Source: an uncultured archaeon (GTDB lineage: Archaea > Altiarchaeota > Altiarchaeia > IMC4 > QMZM01). Taken from it: DNA of 64,000 nucleotides. Position numbers and translations under genes: made by a program. Below are positions 27,883 to 38,299 of the stretch, piece by piece. The notes below the pieces were generated by a model that did no database searches, had not been told where the DNA came from, and worked only from the letters and a program-made list of their open reading frames with translations. The stretch spans positions 82,859 through 146,858 of the forward strand of contig CAZJVE010000002.1 in the NCBI GenBank assembly GCA_964549685.1, in the 5' to 3' direction. Each line of letters begins with the position of its first letter. Position 1 is the stretch's first letter.

Positions 27883-29160
27883 ATGGAAACCGAGTTTGAG
27901 GCGTTCTTTGGGAAACAGCAAAGGCCAACAAGGTCCATTAACAATATCCGAAAGGTAGGAGATATACTCGATATAGAGCCGAGGACCGTTAACGAGATTA
28001 TCTACCCCCAGGACGTTCACGTTTTCAGGCTTCACATCAACCTGGTGGAGCACCCCATAAGCGTGTGGGGGTGCATCTCCTTCCACAACAGGGCAAAGGG
28101 CATTTACAAGGGAGGCATAAGGATTTCCTCCGACCTGGATATCTGGGACACCATTGAGCTCTCGAGGCTGATGACCCTGAAGACCTCCCTGGTGAACCTA
28201 GAGTTTGGCGGGGCAAAGACGGGAATACGCTTTGACATGTCCAAGGCATATGAGCTGCTTGACAGGACACAATATGATGTCAAGTTCGAAACCTATGTCA
28301 AAAAGGAGATAATCAAGGAGTTTGCCCACCATTATCACGACATGCTTACGAAAAAGCACTATGTCCCTGCCCCGGACATTAACACGGGCCCGTCTGAAAT
28401 GGCCCTGATTTACGGCGAGACCCACGAGCCGTCTTCCGTCACCGGAAAGCCGGAGGGTGTTCCCGGCTGGCTGCCCGGCAGAAAGGAAGCGACGGGCTAC
28501 GGGGTTTATATCGTTGTTAAAAACCTGATTGAGAGGATGAAGCAAAAGCCCGGAGAAACTACTGTGGCGATTCAGGGCTTTGGGAACGTCGGCTCAAACT
28601 CGGCCTTTTTCCTGGACAAGCTGGGTGTGAAGATAGTGGCTGTCGAGGACAAGGACGGGAGCGTTCACAAAGAAGATGGCATCGATGTCGCATCGCTGAC
28701 CAAGCACGTAACATCCAATGGAACAGTTAAGGGGTTTTGCGACCCTGCACCGGACTTCTTCGGGGTTGAGGCGGACATCATGGTTCCGGCGGCAATCAAT
28801 GACGCCATAGACGCTGAAGCCGCCAAAAAGATAAAGGCAAAGTACGTTGTCGAGGGCGCAAACTTCCCGACGACCCCCGAGGCAATGGAAATATTTGAGA
28901 AGAAGGACACAGAGGTTATTCCGGACATTCTCTCAAACGCCGGGGGCGTAATAGCATCATCCGTGGAGTATGCCAATCCCGTATCGACGCAAAAAATGGA
29001 CAAGGAGGAGGTATTCGCCATGATTGAGAAGAAGATCGGGAAAAACCTGAACCTTGCCTCCAACATAGCGAAGGAGAGATCAATAAGCCTGGACCTTGCA
29101 TGCACCTTCTTATCGGCCGAGAGACTAATCAAGACGATGAAGAACAAGGGGTGGATATAG
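27883..29160 (+). CDS. gdhA: Glu/Leu/Phe/Val dehydrogenase (glutamate dehydrogenase-like)
   Basis: YKGGIR, FGGAKTG, VPAPDINT, VTGKP, ATGYG, QGFGNVG, EGAN.P, PDILSNAGGV. Confidence 0.88.
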   Translation: METEFEAFFGKQQRPTRSINNIRKVGDILDIEPRTVNEIIYPQDVHVFRLHINLVEHPISVWGCISFHNRAKGIYKGGIRISSDLDIWDTIELSRLMTLKTSLVNLEFGGAKTGIRFDMSKAYELLDRTQYDVKFETYVKKEIIKEFAHHYHDMLTKKHYVPAPDINTGPSEMALIYGETHEPSSVTGKPEGVPGWLPGRKEATGYGVYIVVKNLIERMKQKPGETTVAIQGFGNVGSNSAFFLDKLGVKIVAVEDKDGSVHKEDGIDVASLTKHVTSNGTVKGFCDPAPDFFGVEADIMVPAAINDAIDAEAAKKIKAKYVVEGANFPTTPEAMEIFEKKDTEVIPDILSNAGGVIASSVEYANPVSTQKMDKEEVFAMIEKKIGKNLNLASNIAKERSISLDLACTFLSAERLIKTMKNKGWI

Positions 29161-29219
29161 TCCCTTTCAGAGAAATCAGCCAAGCGTATTTATCTCTATA
29201 ATCCGATTTCTTTAAGGTA

Positions 29220-31745
29220 ATGGCCATTGAATTCCAGAACCTCGGCATCGAGAACCCCTACGTTCTTTTGCTCATAATTCCTGCAGCGTTCCTCATCCAC
29301 CGCTATGTCAAGAAGGGTGGGATGAACCGGGAGAAGAGGCTATTCATCGCGTCCAGGACGGTTATATTATCTCTCCTGCTCCTGGCGCTCTCCATCCCGT
29401 ATATCATCGAAGAGGTGAGAGAATTCCAGGACGCTGCCTCTGTAATGTTCCTCTACGATGCCTCGGGGAGCATGTCCGTTTATCCCGAGGAGATTCATGC
29501 TACAGTCAATGAGCTCTACCGCACAGTGAGGAGCATGGTCGGGAACATGACCGGCTATCCCGATGCCGTCAGCATCCAGTACTTTTCCGAGGGCAACAGG
29601 ACGGAGATAGGAAACGTTCTGTATCAGAATGCAATGAAGACGGATACGGAGAGCAACCTGCTTCTCCTGATAAGCGACGGCAACAACAACTATGGCAGGG
29701 ATGCGGAGGACGTCGCGGCTGTTCTTGCCGGGATGAACACCACCATATCGGCACTAATTCCCGACTCGGCAGCCCGGGACGTATACCTTGCTGATATTCG
29801 CGGCGAGAAGAAGGTCCCCGCAGATACGGAGTATCGCATAGTGGTAAAGGTCGGCAAAACCGGCGAAGGGAGGGCGGACTACCGGCTGAACCTCTACGTT
29901 GATGACAACCAGAAGAACGGCGTCGACGCCTTCCAGGACGAAGACATGAGCAGCAGGGCATTTGTTCTGTCCTTCAGCGAGAGGGGCCCGCACAAGATAG
30001 TCGCCGAGATTATTCCTGAGGGGGAAGACTATTTTGCAATGAACAACCGGTTCCTGAAGGCCATAGACGTTGTCGACAAGCCCCACGTTCTTCTCATCTC
30101 GGATGACTCTGACTCCCCGCTTTTCAAGGTATTGCAGGAGAGCTATGTAGTTACGGTAACCCCCAGCCCGACCACGGACTTCGATAGCTACGACGTGGTA
30201 TTCATTGACAACAAGCCGCTGGGGGAGCTCGGCTCCGGCTTTGTCAGCTCCATAAACGCCTATGTTGTTGATGGAAACGGCCTCGTGGTCGTTGGAGGGG
30301 ACGATTCATACGAGAACGGGGACTATTACAACAGCGACCTGGAGAGGATTCTTCCCGTTGTTTCAGCCGAAATTCCGAAGGACAGGAGGAAGGAGATTGC
30401 AGTTATCTTCCTGATTGACATCTCGGAGAGCACCGAATACGGTGTCGGAGGCGAATCAAAGATTGACGTTGAGAAGGCCATTGCCATAAACATGCTGAGA
30501 CAGCTCAACGACAACGACAAGGTCGGGGCTGTTGCATTCAACTACAACGGCTATATCCTGTCTGCCCTGAACAGCCTGAGCAACAACAAGGACTCGCTGG
30601 AGAATCAGATATACTCTCTGCAGTTTGGCGGCGGCACGGACATGCTTCCGGGCCTGATGATAGCGGAAACGCTCATTGAAGACTTTCAGGGGGACAAATA
30701 TGTGATAATCCTCTCTGATGGAGTCATAGGGAGCAAGAGCAGGAGGGAGCCGACCCTGGGGCAGGTTGCTGCGATGGCGGAGAAGGGGATTTTCGTCTAT
30801 ACGGTCGGCGTTGGATTCGACACCGATGAAGGATTCATGAGCCAGCTGGCTCAGAACGGCGGCGGAATCTATTTCAGGCCCACGGAATATCAGCGGCTCA
30901 AGCTGGAATTCGGCCAGGGCGGACAGGACAGAGACGGAAAGAACGCCATTAGCATCTACAACAGATACCACTTCATAACGCAGGACCTTGAGGATACCGA
31001 CGTCGAGGGCCTGACGGTGAGCAAATATAATGGGGTTACTGACAAGTCAATCGCCCAGCTGCTGGTAACTGCTGGGAGCAAGAAACCGCTCGTTACTGCA
31101 TGGAGATTCGGCCTCGGTAGGGCAGTTTCAATCTCCACGGACAACGGAAAGGGCTGGGGCTCGAACCTCTATAAGGTCGCCGACGGCCAGCTGGTCAATG
31201 CGATAACGAACTGGGCAATCGGGGACCTTGAGAAGGGGAAGAATACGATAATAAACTCAAGGGACGGTTCCGTCGGCAGGGACTCGTCCATATTCATAGA
31301 ATCCGCCGAGGTGCCTTCACTGGTAGCAAGGCACGAGGGCGCGGGCGAGGCGAGCGGGATAGGACTCAAACAGATTGACCTGAAGGAATACACCGGGACC
31401 CTATATCCTGACCTGGAGGGCTTCTATTTCCTGATAGCCAGGTCCGCAGTCGGAGAGGACAGCGATGCAGTTGCTGTAAATTATCTGGCCGAGTATTCGC
31501 GGCTGGGGGCAGACCGGGAGAGCCTCACAAGAGTTACGAGAACGACCCGCGGCCTGATATACGATATGTCCCAGCTCGATGAGCTGGAGCAGGACGTAAT
31601 AAGCTATGCAAGGGAGGGCACAATGAAGAAAACCGTCAAGAAGAACCCCCTGGTCATGTACTTCGCAATTCTTGCATTGCTTATATTCTTTACGGATGTG
31701 GTTGTCAGGAGGGTCCGGGAGATAAAGAAGAGGACCGAGGAATGA
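29220..31745 (+). CDS. Membrane-anchored VWA-domain protein (BatA-like N-terminus, two VWA domains, GATase-like insert)
   Basis: DASGSM and DISES MIDAS-like motifs, SDG, GGTD; N- and C-terminal TM helices. Confidence 0.8.
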   Translation: MAIEFQNLGIENPYVLLLIIPAAFLIHRYVKKGGMNREKRLFIASRTVILSLLLLALSIPYIIEEVREFQDAASVMFLYDASGSMSVYPEEIHATVNELYRTVRSMVGNMTGYPDAVSIQYFSEGNRTEIGNVLYQNAMKTDTESNLLLLISDGNNNYGRDAEDVAAVLAGMNTTISALIPDSAARDVYLADIRGEKKVPADTEYRIVVKVGKTGEGRADYRLNLYVDDNQKNGVDAFQDEDMSSRAFVLSFSERGPHKIVAEIIPEGEDYFAMNNRFLKAIDVVDKPHVLLISDDSDSPLFKVLQESYVVTVTPSPTTDFDSYDVVFIDNKPLGELGSGFVSSINAYVVDGNGLVVVGGDDSYENGDYYNSDLERILPVVSAEIPKDRRKEIAVIFLIDISESTEYGVGGESKIDVEKAIAINMLRQLNDNDKVGAVAFNYNGYILSALNSLSNNKDSLENQIYSLQFGGGTDMLPGLMIAETLIEDFQGDKYVIILSDGVIGSKSRREPTLGQVAAMAEKGIFVYTVGVGFDTDEGFMSQLAQNGGGIYFRPTEYQRLKLEFGQGGQDRDGKNAISIYNRYHFITQDLEDTDVEGLTVSKYNGVTDKSIAQLLVTAGSKKPLVTAWRFGLGRAVSISTDNGKGWGSNLYKVADGQLVNAITNWAIGDLEKGKNTIINSRDGSVGRDSSIFIESAEVPSLVARHEGAGEASGIGLKQIDLKEYTGTLYPDLEGFYFLIARSAVGEDSDAVAVNYLAEYSRLGADRESLTRVTRTTRGLIYDMSQLDELEQDVISYAREGTMKKTVKKNPLVMYFAILALLIFFTDVVVRRVREIKKRTEE

Positions 31746-32230
31746 TTCTTGGAAAGGAGAGAATTCAGGAGCTCGTAGAGCAGTCCGCACTGCTGGAGAG
31801 CTTCAGCCCCGATTCCCTGGGGGGAGCGGGCTATGACTTGCGGATTGGAAGGGTTTACAGGCTGAGGGGCGGGGGGGCCCTGCTGGTCGAAGGCAAGAAT
31901 AATCCAGAGGTTGAGGAGCTTCAGGGCGATGAATTCACTCTGAAGGCCGGAGAATATATTCTAATCGAAAGTCTTGAGAAGGTCAATATGCCGCCGAATC
32001 TGGTTGCGAGAATTCTGCCAAGGTCGACAATCTTCAGGAATGGTTGTTCTCTAATAACGGCCCTCGTCGACCCCGGGTTCAGGGGGACCCTGACCATGGG
32101 CCTGAAGAACCTGTCGGGCCATGAGTTCAAATTCCAGAGGAACGCGAGGGTAGCGCAGATTGTTTTCGAGGAGGTAAGCGGAGGGACAGAGGAATACGGC
32201 GGGCACTATCAGGGCGGCAAGGTCGTGTGA
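31742..32230 (+). CDS. dUTPase/dCTP deaminase family protein
   Basis: GYDLR, PRST..R, VDPGFRG, AQIVF, Y.G.YQG. Confidence 0.82.
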   Translation: MILGKERIQELVEQSALLESFSPDSLGGAGYDLRIGRVYRLRGGGALLVEGKNNPEVEELQGDEFTLKAGEYILIESLEKVNMPPNLVARILPRSTIFRNGCSLITALVDPGFRGTLTMGLKNLSGHEFKFQRNARVAQIVFEEVSGGTEEYGGHYQGGKVV

Positions 32231-32469
32231 CCGAAATGGATGATTAGGTCGAGGTTGAGCATCCCCCCCTCTTTCTTCTTGGTGTCGCAGGCCCCATAGC
32301 ACGGGTCTGTGAATATGACAGTCTTTGCTCCTGTCTTTGACTCTATCTCCTCTGCAATCTTTACCGCCTCCTTCTTCAGGCCCTCAGGAAGCTGCAGGCC
32401 GACAAGCTTTGCATTCTTCTCCCTAATCTCTCGTACAACCCTGTCGAGTTCGAGGTTATAGTCAGGCAT
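32209..32469 (-). CDS. Diphthamide synthesis Dph2 N-terminal domain only (86 aa)
   Basis: VGLQLPEGLK, DPCYGACD, IHFGH, then a stop. Confidence 0.8.
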   Translation of the reverse strand: MPDYNLELDRVVREIREKNAKLVGLQLPEGLKKEAVKIAEEIESKTGAKTVIFTDPCYGACDTKKKEGGMLNLDLIIHFGHTTLPP

Positions 32470-32866
32470 CTTCTTTTCTATCGACCCATTTCACTCTATC
32501 AAACCCCGCATCGAATGAATACAAGGTCTTATCATTTAATATCTTCATCAGCGTGAGAATGGTGCCATCAGTAAAGCTCAGCTTGTATCTCTTTGAGAAC
32601 TTCCACGCATGCAAAAACATTGGACTGTCAATCAAAACAAGCCTAAGCTTCGGTTCATGGATCAATGTTCTGCCAAGTTCACTCGCTGCAATAAAATCCC
32701 TCTTGTTTATAAGAAAGGTAACGCATTCGTTGAATATGTGGTCATTCACAAAAACATTCTTTATCTTACCCTCGTGTATGGCTTTTATTATTGGAACCGC
32801 CATTTCATGCCATTGGTCCTTTTTCCTCTTAGCTCCAATCCAGACACATGAATCCACAACTGGCAT
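32462..32866 (-). CDS. vapC: VapC/PIN-domain toxin
   Basis: VVDSCVW, E..T, LSFTD, SFDAGFD. Confidence 0.88.
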   Translation of the reverse strand: MPVVDSCVWIGAKRKKDQWHEMAVPIIKAIHEGKIKNVFVNDHIFNECVTFLINKRDFIAASELGRTLIHEPKLRLVLIDSPMFLHAWKFSKRYKLSFTDGTILTLMKILNDKTLYSFDAGFDRVKWVDRKEDA

Positions 32867-32870
32867 TTAC

Positions 32871-33122
32871 CTATCCCCACACTACCTCGTCAAGCTCTTT
32901 TACGGAGTCGGTTTTGGGTCCTTTTGTCGAGGGATTCTCAAGGATCTCAAGGAGATAATTATGCTTTTGTGCCTTACTTCCTTTATGGATTTCCGGTTCT
33001 ATATAAGAAACAAGGGCTTCGCGCATTAGTTCTGACCTCTTCTTATATCTATACCTTGCTTCTTGATCATATCTTTTTAGTACCTTCTTTGGCAGTTTTA
33101 GAGAGATTTGTGTGTATTCCAT
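32871..33122 (-). CDS. Ribbon-helix-helix antitoxin (VapB-like)
   Basis: ISLKLP...RSELMREAL; directly upstream of the PIN gene. Confidence 0.8.
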   Translation of the reverse strand: MEYTQISLKLPKKVLKRYDQEARYRYKKRSELMREALVSYIEPEIHKGSKAQKHNYLLEILENPSTKGPKTDSVKELDEVVWG

Positions 33123-33165
33123 TGTATCACCTTGAATATCTATTGGGATTCAGAATATAAATACA

Positions 33166-34893
33166 TTACTTCCCCTTCTTTATTCGAAGGATTTCCCGCA
33201 TTGTCTCTTTGTCCTCCTCGCTCAGGGCCTCTTTGTCGACCCGTTCTACATCCTCGTTGGACATGAAGGGATAGACTATGTCCCCTTCGGAGAGCTGCCT
33301 GCCCACGGTTACGTTCTCTATTGCGACGGCGACCTGTTCGCCCTTCTTGGCGGATTTCACTGTTTCGCTCTTGCTCTGAATCTCCTTTACCCGGCCCACA
33401 ATCTTTCCGTCTTCCTTGAGGAGGCTGCAGCCCGGGCCGAATTCCCCGGCAAGAACCTCTATGCCCACAATAGCCGGCTTGCTCTGCCTGAAGACGCAGT
33501 CCGGCATGAACCTGAGTTTTGCTGGAGTGACGACCTTGCCAACGAGCTCCTTCTTCTCCTTGTCCCTCTCTTCCTTGACCCAGAGCTCGTAGTCCTCCAG
33601 AAGCTTATAGATTACGTTGCTCTGGAAGATTTTGACCTCGTTGTCCCTGGCAATCTGCTCCGCGTTCTCAAGGACCCTGGAGTTGAAGGCGAGGATTACG
33701 CCGAGGTGTTTGTTCTCCTGCCCTACTGCTGATGCCTCGATAACGTCATTGTTGGAGACCTTTCCTATCGTGCCCCTCTTTATCGGAATCTCGCTCTCCT
33801 GCAGAATCTTTATCAGGGCTTCGAGCGAGCCGATGGTATCTGCCTTGATTATCAGGCCCAGGTTGTCCTTGTCTATCTCGACGTCCTGAATCTCATTCCT
33901 TACCTTGCCGATGAGCTCTTCTGCCCCAACATAGACCGGGGCCCCCGCCATTGCATCCTCCAGGCCCGGAGCAGCAATCTTTACCCCTGCTGCTGCGTAA
34001 ATCTCATCCTCCTGCGAGAACTTGTCCCTTGGGTCGCGAATTTCGTCGAGGGGCTTCGGCCTGAGCAGGGCCTTGACTTTTGTAAGGATTGGTTCCTTCG
34101 CCCCGACGATTATCGAATCCCCCTTCCTTATCACTCCTTCATAGACTATGACGTCTATTGTCGTGCCGAGGCCCTTTTCCTCTCTAACCTCAAGGATGGT
34201 GCCTTTTGCCGGGCTGTTCGGGTCGATGGTCAGCTTCCCCGTGAGGTACTGCTGCGACAGGCCGATGAGGACCATCAGGAGCTCCGGTATGCCCTTGCCG
34301 TGCTTGGCTGAGATAGGAACGATGGCTATCTGCTTTGTGAAGTCACTTACCTGGGAGAATAAATCGGACTCAAAGCCGTGCTCCGACAGCTTTCCAATGA
34401 GCGAATAGAACCTGTTGTAGAATTCCTTCTGGACATGCTCCTGCTGTGAATTCAGGTCCTGCTCTGGATTCCAGCCCCCGATAACGTCCACCTTATTTGC
34501 AGCAATGATGAAGGGCACCCGGTACTGCTTGAGAATCTGCATCGCCTCAAGGGACTGGGGCATGAGCCCTTCATTTATGTCAACGACGAGAATTGCCAGG
34601 TCGGCGACAGAACCGCCCCTCTTCCTTAGATTGGTGAATGCCTCGTGGCCCGGCGTGTCTATGAAAAGAAGGCCCCTGAGTTCGGTCTTCATCCCGAAGG
34701 CATCCAGCAGGCTGCCGCAAATCTCCTTCACGGTCTCAAAGGGAACGTCAGTCGCGCCGATGTGCTGGGTGATTCCCCCCGCCTCTCTCGATGCTATTAC
34801 GGAACCCCTTATCCAGTCCAGGAGCGTTGTCTTCCCATGGTCTACATGACCCAGAACCGAGATGATTGGCTCCCTCACCTTAGCGGATGACAT
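33166..34893 (-). CDS. infB: Translation initiation factor IF-2 (aIF5B)
   Basis: GHVDHGKTT, GGITQHIGA, DTPGHEAF, NKVD. Confidence 0.95.
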   Translation of the reverse strand: MSSAKVREPIISVLGHVDHGKTTLLDWIRGSVIASREAGGITQHIGATDVPFETVKEICGSLLDAFGMKTELRGLLFIDTPGHEAFTNLRKRGGSVADLAILVVDINEGLMPQSLEAMQILKQYRVPFIIAANKVDVIGGWNPEQDLNSQQEHVQKEFYNRFYSLIGKLSEHGFESDLFSQVSDFTKQIAIVPISAKHGKGIPELLMVLIGLSQQYLTGKLTIDPNSPAKGTILEVREEKGLGTTIDVIVYEGVIRKGDSIIVGAKEPILTKVKALLRPKPLDEIRDPRDKFSQEDEIYAAAGVKIAAPGLEDAMAGAPVYVGAEELIGKVRNEIQDVEIDKDNLGLIIKADTIGSLEALIKILQESEIPIKRGTIGKVSNNDVIEASAVGQENKHLGVILAFNSRVLENAEQIARDNEVKIFQSNVIYKLLEDYELWVKEERDKEKKELVGKVVTPAKLRFMPDCVFRQSKPAIVGIEVLAGEFGPGCSLLKEDGKIVGRVKEIQSKSETVKSAKKGEQVAVAIENVTVGRQLSEGDIVYPFMSNEDVERVDKEALSEEDKETMREILRIKKGK

Positions 34894-34926
34894 GTATATA
34901 TTTAAAATTTTAACCTTTTATGTCCA

Positions 34927-36600
34927 ATGACTAACATGGAATTCTCAGAACTCGCTTCGGTGTATCAAAAACTTGAGGGGATTTCGGGCAGACTGGAGAT
35001 GACGTCCGTTGTTTCCGAGTTCCTGAAGACCGTTCCCGATGATGAGCTCTCCACCGTAATCATGTTCCTCCAGGGAAAGGCATTCCCGCTCTGGAGCGAG
35101 AAGGAGCTTGGCATAGGCGGCAAGCTGATGATCCGGGCCATCTCCAACATCTCCGGCTTTCCCGAGGAGAAGGTCGTGGACGAGGTTCGCGAGAAGGGGG
35201 ATACCGGCCTTGCGGCCGAGGAGCTCCTTGTCAATAAGACCCAGACTACTCTCTTCAAGGAGAAGCTGACTCTCCGTAAGGTCAGCGACAACCTCAACAA
35301 GCTGGCCGGCCTCACAGGGAAGGGGGCGCAGGACAAGAAGATTTCCTACATCAACGAGCTGCTGTCTTTTGCGAGCCCGGTGGAGAGCAGATACCTCGTG
35401 AAAATCATCCTGGAGGAACTTAGACTGGGAGTCGGCAGGGGGGTTGTAAGGGACGCGATAGCTGGAGCATTCGAGGTCGATGCCGCGCTGGTCGACAGGG
35501 CATATTCACTGACGTCTGACCTGGGAGAGGTTGCAAGGACCGCTAAGTCCAAGGGCAACAAGGGCCTTGAGCTTGCCATGATGAAGACCGGAGTCCCGGT
35601 CGAGGTTATGCTGGCGCAGAAGGTTGCCGGCATTGAAGAGGCCCTTGAAAAATTCAGCCCCGCCGCCTTCGAGGTTAAGTACGACGGGGCCAGGATTCAA
35701 ATTCACAAGGAGGGGGACAAGATAACGCTATTCACCAGAAGGCTGGAGAACGTGACAAAGCAATTCCCGGAGATTGTGGAGGAATCGAGGGAGAATATAA
35801 CTGCCGGGTCTGCCATAGTGGAGGGCGAGCTTGTTGCGATAAAGGATGGCCGTCATCCCCGGCCCTTTCAGGACCTGTCGCGAAGAATAAAGAGGAAGTA
35901 TAATATTGAAGAGATGGTCGGGAAGATTCCGGTTGAAATTAATCTGTTCGATGCCATCTATCATGAGGGAAAGAGCGTGATAGATTCAGGATTCAAGAAG
36001 AGGAGGAAGATTCTGGAGAAGATTGTTTCTCCAACCGAACAATTTAGAATCGCCGATGACCTTATAACGGAGGATGCCTCCGAGGCCGGGAAATTCTATC
36101 AGAAAGCCCTGGACCTGGGGCACGAGGGCGTGATGGTCAAGAATCTTGATGCCCCCTACCAGCCCGGCTCCAGAGTGGGTCACATGTACAAGGTCAAGCC
36201 GATAATGGAAACCCTCGATTTGGTTCTTGTAGGGGCAACATGGGGCGAGGGGAGGAGGGCAAACTGGCTTGCCTCATACCTTCTTGCAGTCCTCGACCCG
36301 GACAGCGGCCAGCTTCTCACGATAGGAAGAATGGGCACCGGTTTTACTGACGAGGAGTTCAAGAGCATGACCGAGCTGCTGAATGAGCAGGTTCTGGAAG
36401 AAGCAGGGAAGGAGGTGAAGCTCCGCCCCTCAGTAGTCGTCGAGGTCGCCTATGAAGAAATTCAGAAGTCCCCGACCTATGAGTCCGGCTACGCATTAAG
36501 GTTCCCGCGCCTTGTCAGAATCCGCGATGATAAGGGCGTGGACGATGCCGACACCCTGGCAAGGGTCGAGGAGATTATCGGCTCTAGGAAGGGTCAGTAA
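34927..36600 (+). CDS. lig: ATP-dependent DNA ligase
   Basis: EVKYDGARIQ, EGVMVK, ALRFPR..RIRDDK. Confidence 0.95.
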   Translation: MTNMEFSELASVYQKLEGISGRLEMTSVVSEFLKTVPDDELSTVIMFLQGKAFPLWSEKELGIGGKLMIRAISNISGFPEEKVVDEVREKGDTGLAAEELLVNKTQTTLFKEKLTLRKVSDNLNKLAGLTGKGAQDKKISYINELLSFASPVESRYLVKIILEELRLGVGRGVVRDAIAGAFEVDAALVDRAYSLTSDLGEVARTAKSKGNKGLELAMMKTGVPVEVMLAQKVAGIEEALEKFSPAAFEVKYDGARIQIHKEGDKITLFTRRLENVTKQFPEIVEESRENITAGSAIVEGELVAIKDGRHPRPFQDLSRRIKRKYNIEEMVGKIPVEINLFDAIYHEGKSVIDSGFKKRRKILEKIVSPTEQFRIADDLITEDASEAGKFYQKALDLGHEGVMVKNLDAPYQPGSRVGHMYKVKPIMETLDLVLVGATWGEGRRANWLASYLLAVLDPDSGQLLTIGRMGTGFTDEEFKSMTELLNEQVLEEAGKEVKLRPSVVVEVAYEEIQKSPTYESGYALRFPRLVRIRDDKGVDDADTLARVEEIIGSRKGQ

Positions 36601-38233
36601 CCCGGCCGATGAACAGGATATTCCCTGTTCCCTTCTCTTGTATTATGAAGATAAACGGGTGGTCTGCGCGGAATATCTTGTATTTTGGCTCCTGGACCGA
36701 CGTTATCCCTATCACCACACCCGTCGCAGCCGCAGCCTCCGTTCCCTCCTCATTCACCTCAACGAACGCCTGGTGAATCACGTTGCTGATGAACAAATCC
36801 CTGGTGCCGTCCATCCCGGAGAAGTCCGCGACCTCGCTGTCGAACGCGTCCACCATATTCAGCTCCCTCAGTACCTCCGGAAGGAAGTACTTCGTCTCCA
36901 GTTTGAATTTGGGAAGGTAGACACGCACCTCTTCTTCCCTGAGGTCGCTCCTCCACAGGTTTATATCATCCGCTGAAAGGGACTCCTCCAAATCCTCAAG
37001 GTCGTTCTCCTTTGGAAGGATGACGAGCATCGAGACCTCCTCACCGTCATAGGGGAGTTCAAGAACCTGAGCATCTTCATCCTCGGCATAATTGAACTTT
37101 ACATCATCGCCAGTCAGGCGCATCATCTGTGCCGTTACCGTCTCCTCCGGGCTGACGTGAAAGTCCTGGTCCGTTGTATCCTCCTCGTCGAACTGCATGA
37201 CCCAGGTTCCCTTGAAGTATATGGCATTGGTAAGAACCATCCTTGTTAGGGGGCTGAGCACCCCCGCGGGAATCAGGTCCTTTATCTTGTCGTTCGTCTT
37301 CTCCTCGACCCATGAGTTGATTGTCTGCCTCGAGCTTTCGGCTGCGGTGACGTAGTCGAGGGCCGTGACCTCCCCGCCGTAGTAGGTTCTTATGGTATCG
37401 ATGTAGCTGTCAAGGAAGGGGTAGTCCTGCTGAGGCCACAGGGCATTCGCTGTAAGCAGCTCGTATCCCTTGTCCTCTCTGTTAATCCCCTCCTGAACCT
37501 CCTTGAATGAGCTCCTCCTGCTCTCATCGTCCTCGGGGAGATGGAGAACCTCCTGCATCTCTTCCGCGGTCTGGCCTCCCGCTCCTTCATAGGTCATTGC
37601 CAGGGCGGAGAGGATACTCCATGGAGAATAGAACATGTTGCCGTCAGAATCCCTCAGCTCCTGGTAGAGGTCGAGGGCGAATTCGTTGTTCGCTTCCACA
37701 ATGTCGTTGCTCACATCTACGACCGGGGCGTCGCCGGTGGATTCTTCTGCGACGCAGTAACCCAGGGCATCGGCTATTCCCGACGGTGCTTTGCACGTAT
37801 ATCCTTCAGGGCACGCAAAGCCCGCTATTCCTGCGCACTCGCACAGGGCCTCGCAGACGGAGGGACAGGCCATATCCTTCCCTTGGTTATCTATCCTGCA
37901 TCTGTTTGAACAGCTTCTCCAGTTCCCACCAGCAGATTCGCAGAGCTCTTCGCTCATTTCCTGAACAGGACACGCCGCAAATTCGCAGTCCGGGCCTTCT
38001 CTCACAACTACTGTGCCGTCAGGGCATATCTTGGCATCCTCGGGGCAGCCAACCGGCTGTGGCTCAGGGCACGCTGCAAATTCACAGTCCGGTGCGACCC
38101 TTCCAACGGCAGTACCATCGGGGCACGTCTTGGCGTCCAGTGTACAGGCAACCGGCTCTTCTGACTTTTCTGGTTGAATGCATCCCATGAAAAGTGCCGA
38201 TATCGCCAGCAACAAAATAATCTTATCTTTCAT
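36584..38233 (-). CDS. Lipoprotein serpin with N-terminal Cys-rich repeats
   Basis: Lipobox-like FMGC; two C..DAK.CPDG..V.R..PDCEFAACP repeats; NAIYFKG.W, EEGTEAAAAT hinge, FRADHPFIF. Confidence 0.9.
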   Translation of the reverse strand: MKDKIILLLAISALFMGCIQPEKSEEPVACTLDAKTCPDGTAVGRVAPDCEFAACPEPQPVGCPEDAKICPDGTVVVREGPDCEFAACPVQEMSEELCESAGGNWRSCSNRCRIDNQGKDMACPSVCEALCECAGIAGFACPEGYTCKAPSGIADALGYCVAEESTGDAPVVDVSNDIVEANNEFALDLYQELRDSDGNMFYSPWSILSALAMTYEGAGGQTAEEMQEVLHLPEDDESRRSSFKEVQEGINREDKGYELLTANALWPQQDYPFLDSYIDTIRTYYGGEVTALDYVTAAESSRQTINSWVEEKTNDKIKDLIPAGVLSPLTRMVLTNAIYFKGTWVMQFDEEDTTDQDFHVSPEETVTAQMMRLTGDDVKFNYAEDEDAQVLELPYDGEEVSMLVILPKENDLEDLEESLSADDINLWRSDLREEEVRVYLPKFKLETKYFLPEVLRELNMVDAFDSEVADFSGMDGTRDLFISNVIHQAFVEVNEEGTEAAAATGVVIGITSVQEPKYKIFRADHPFIFIIQEKGTGNILFIGRVTDPS

Positions 38234-38299
38234 TCTATTACTAATTTCACAGAAGCTATAAAAAGTGTTGCGGTTTTTCTTCGGTCCAGACCGAAAGAA

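Noticed and set aside
33166-36600. Inteins in aIF5B or DNA ligase
   Set aside because: Lengths are normal and no intein splice motifs were seen
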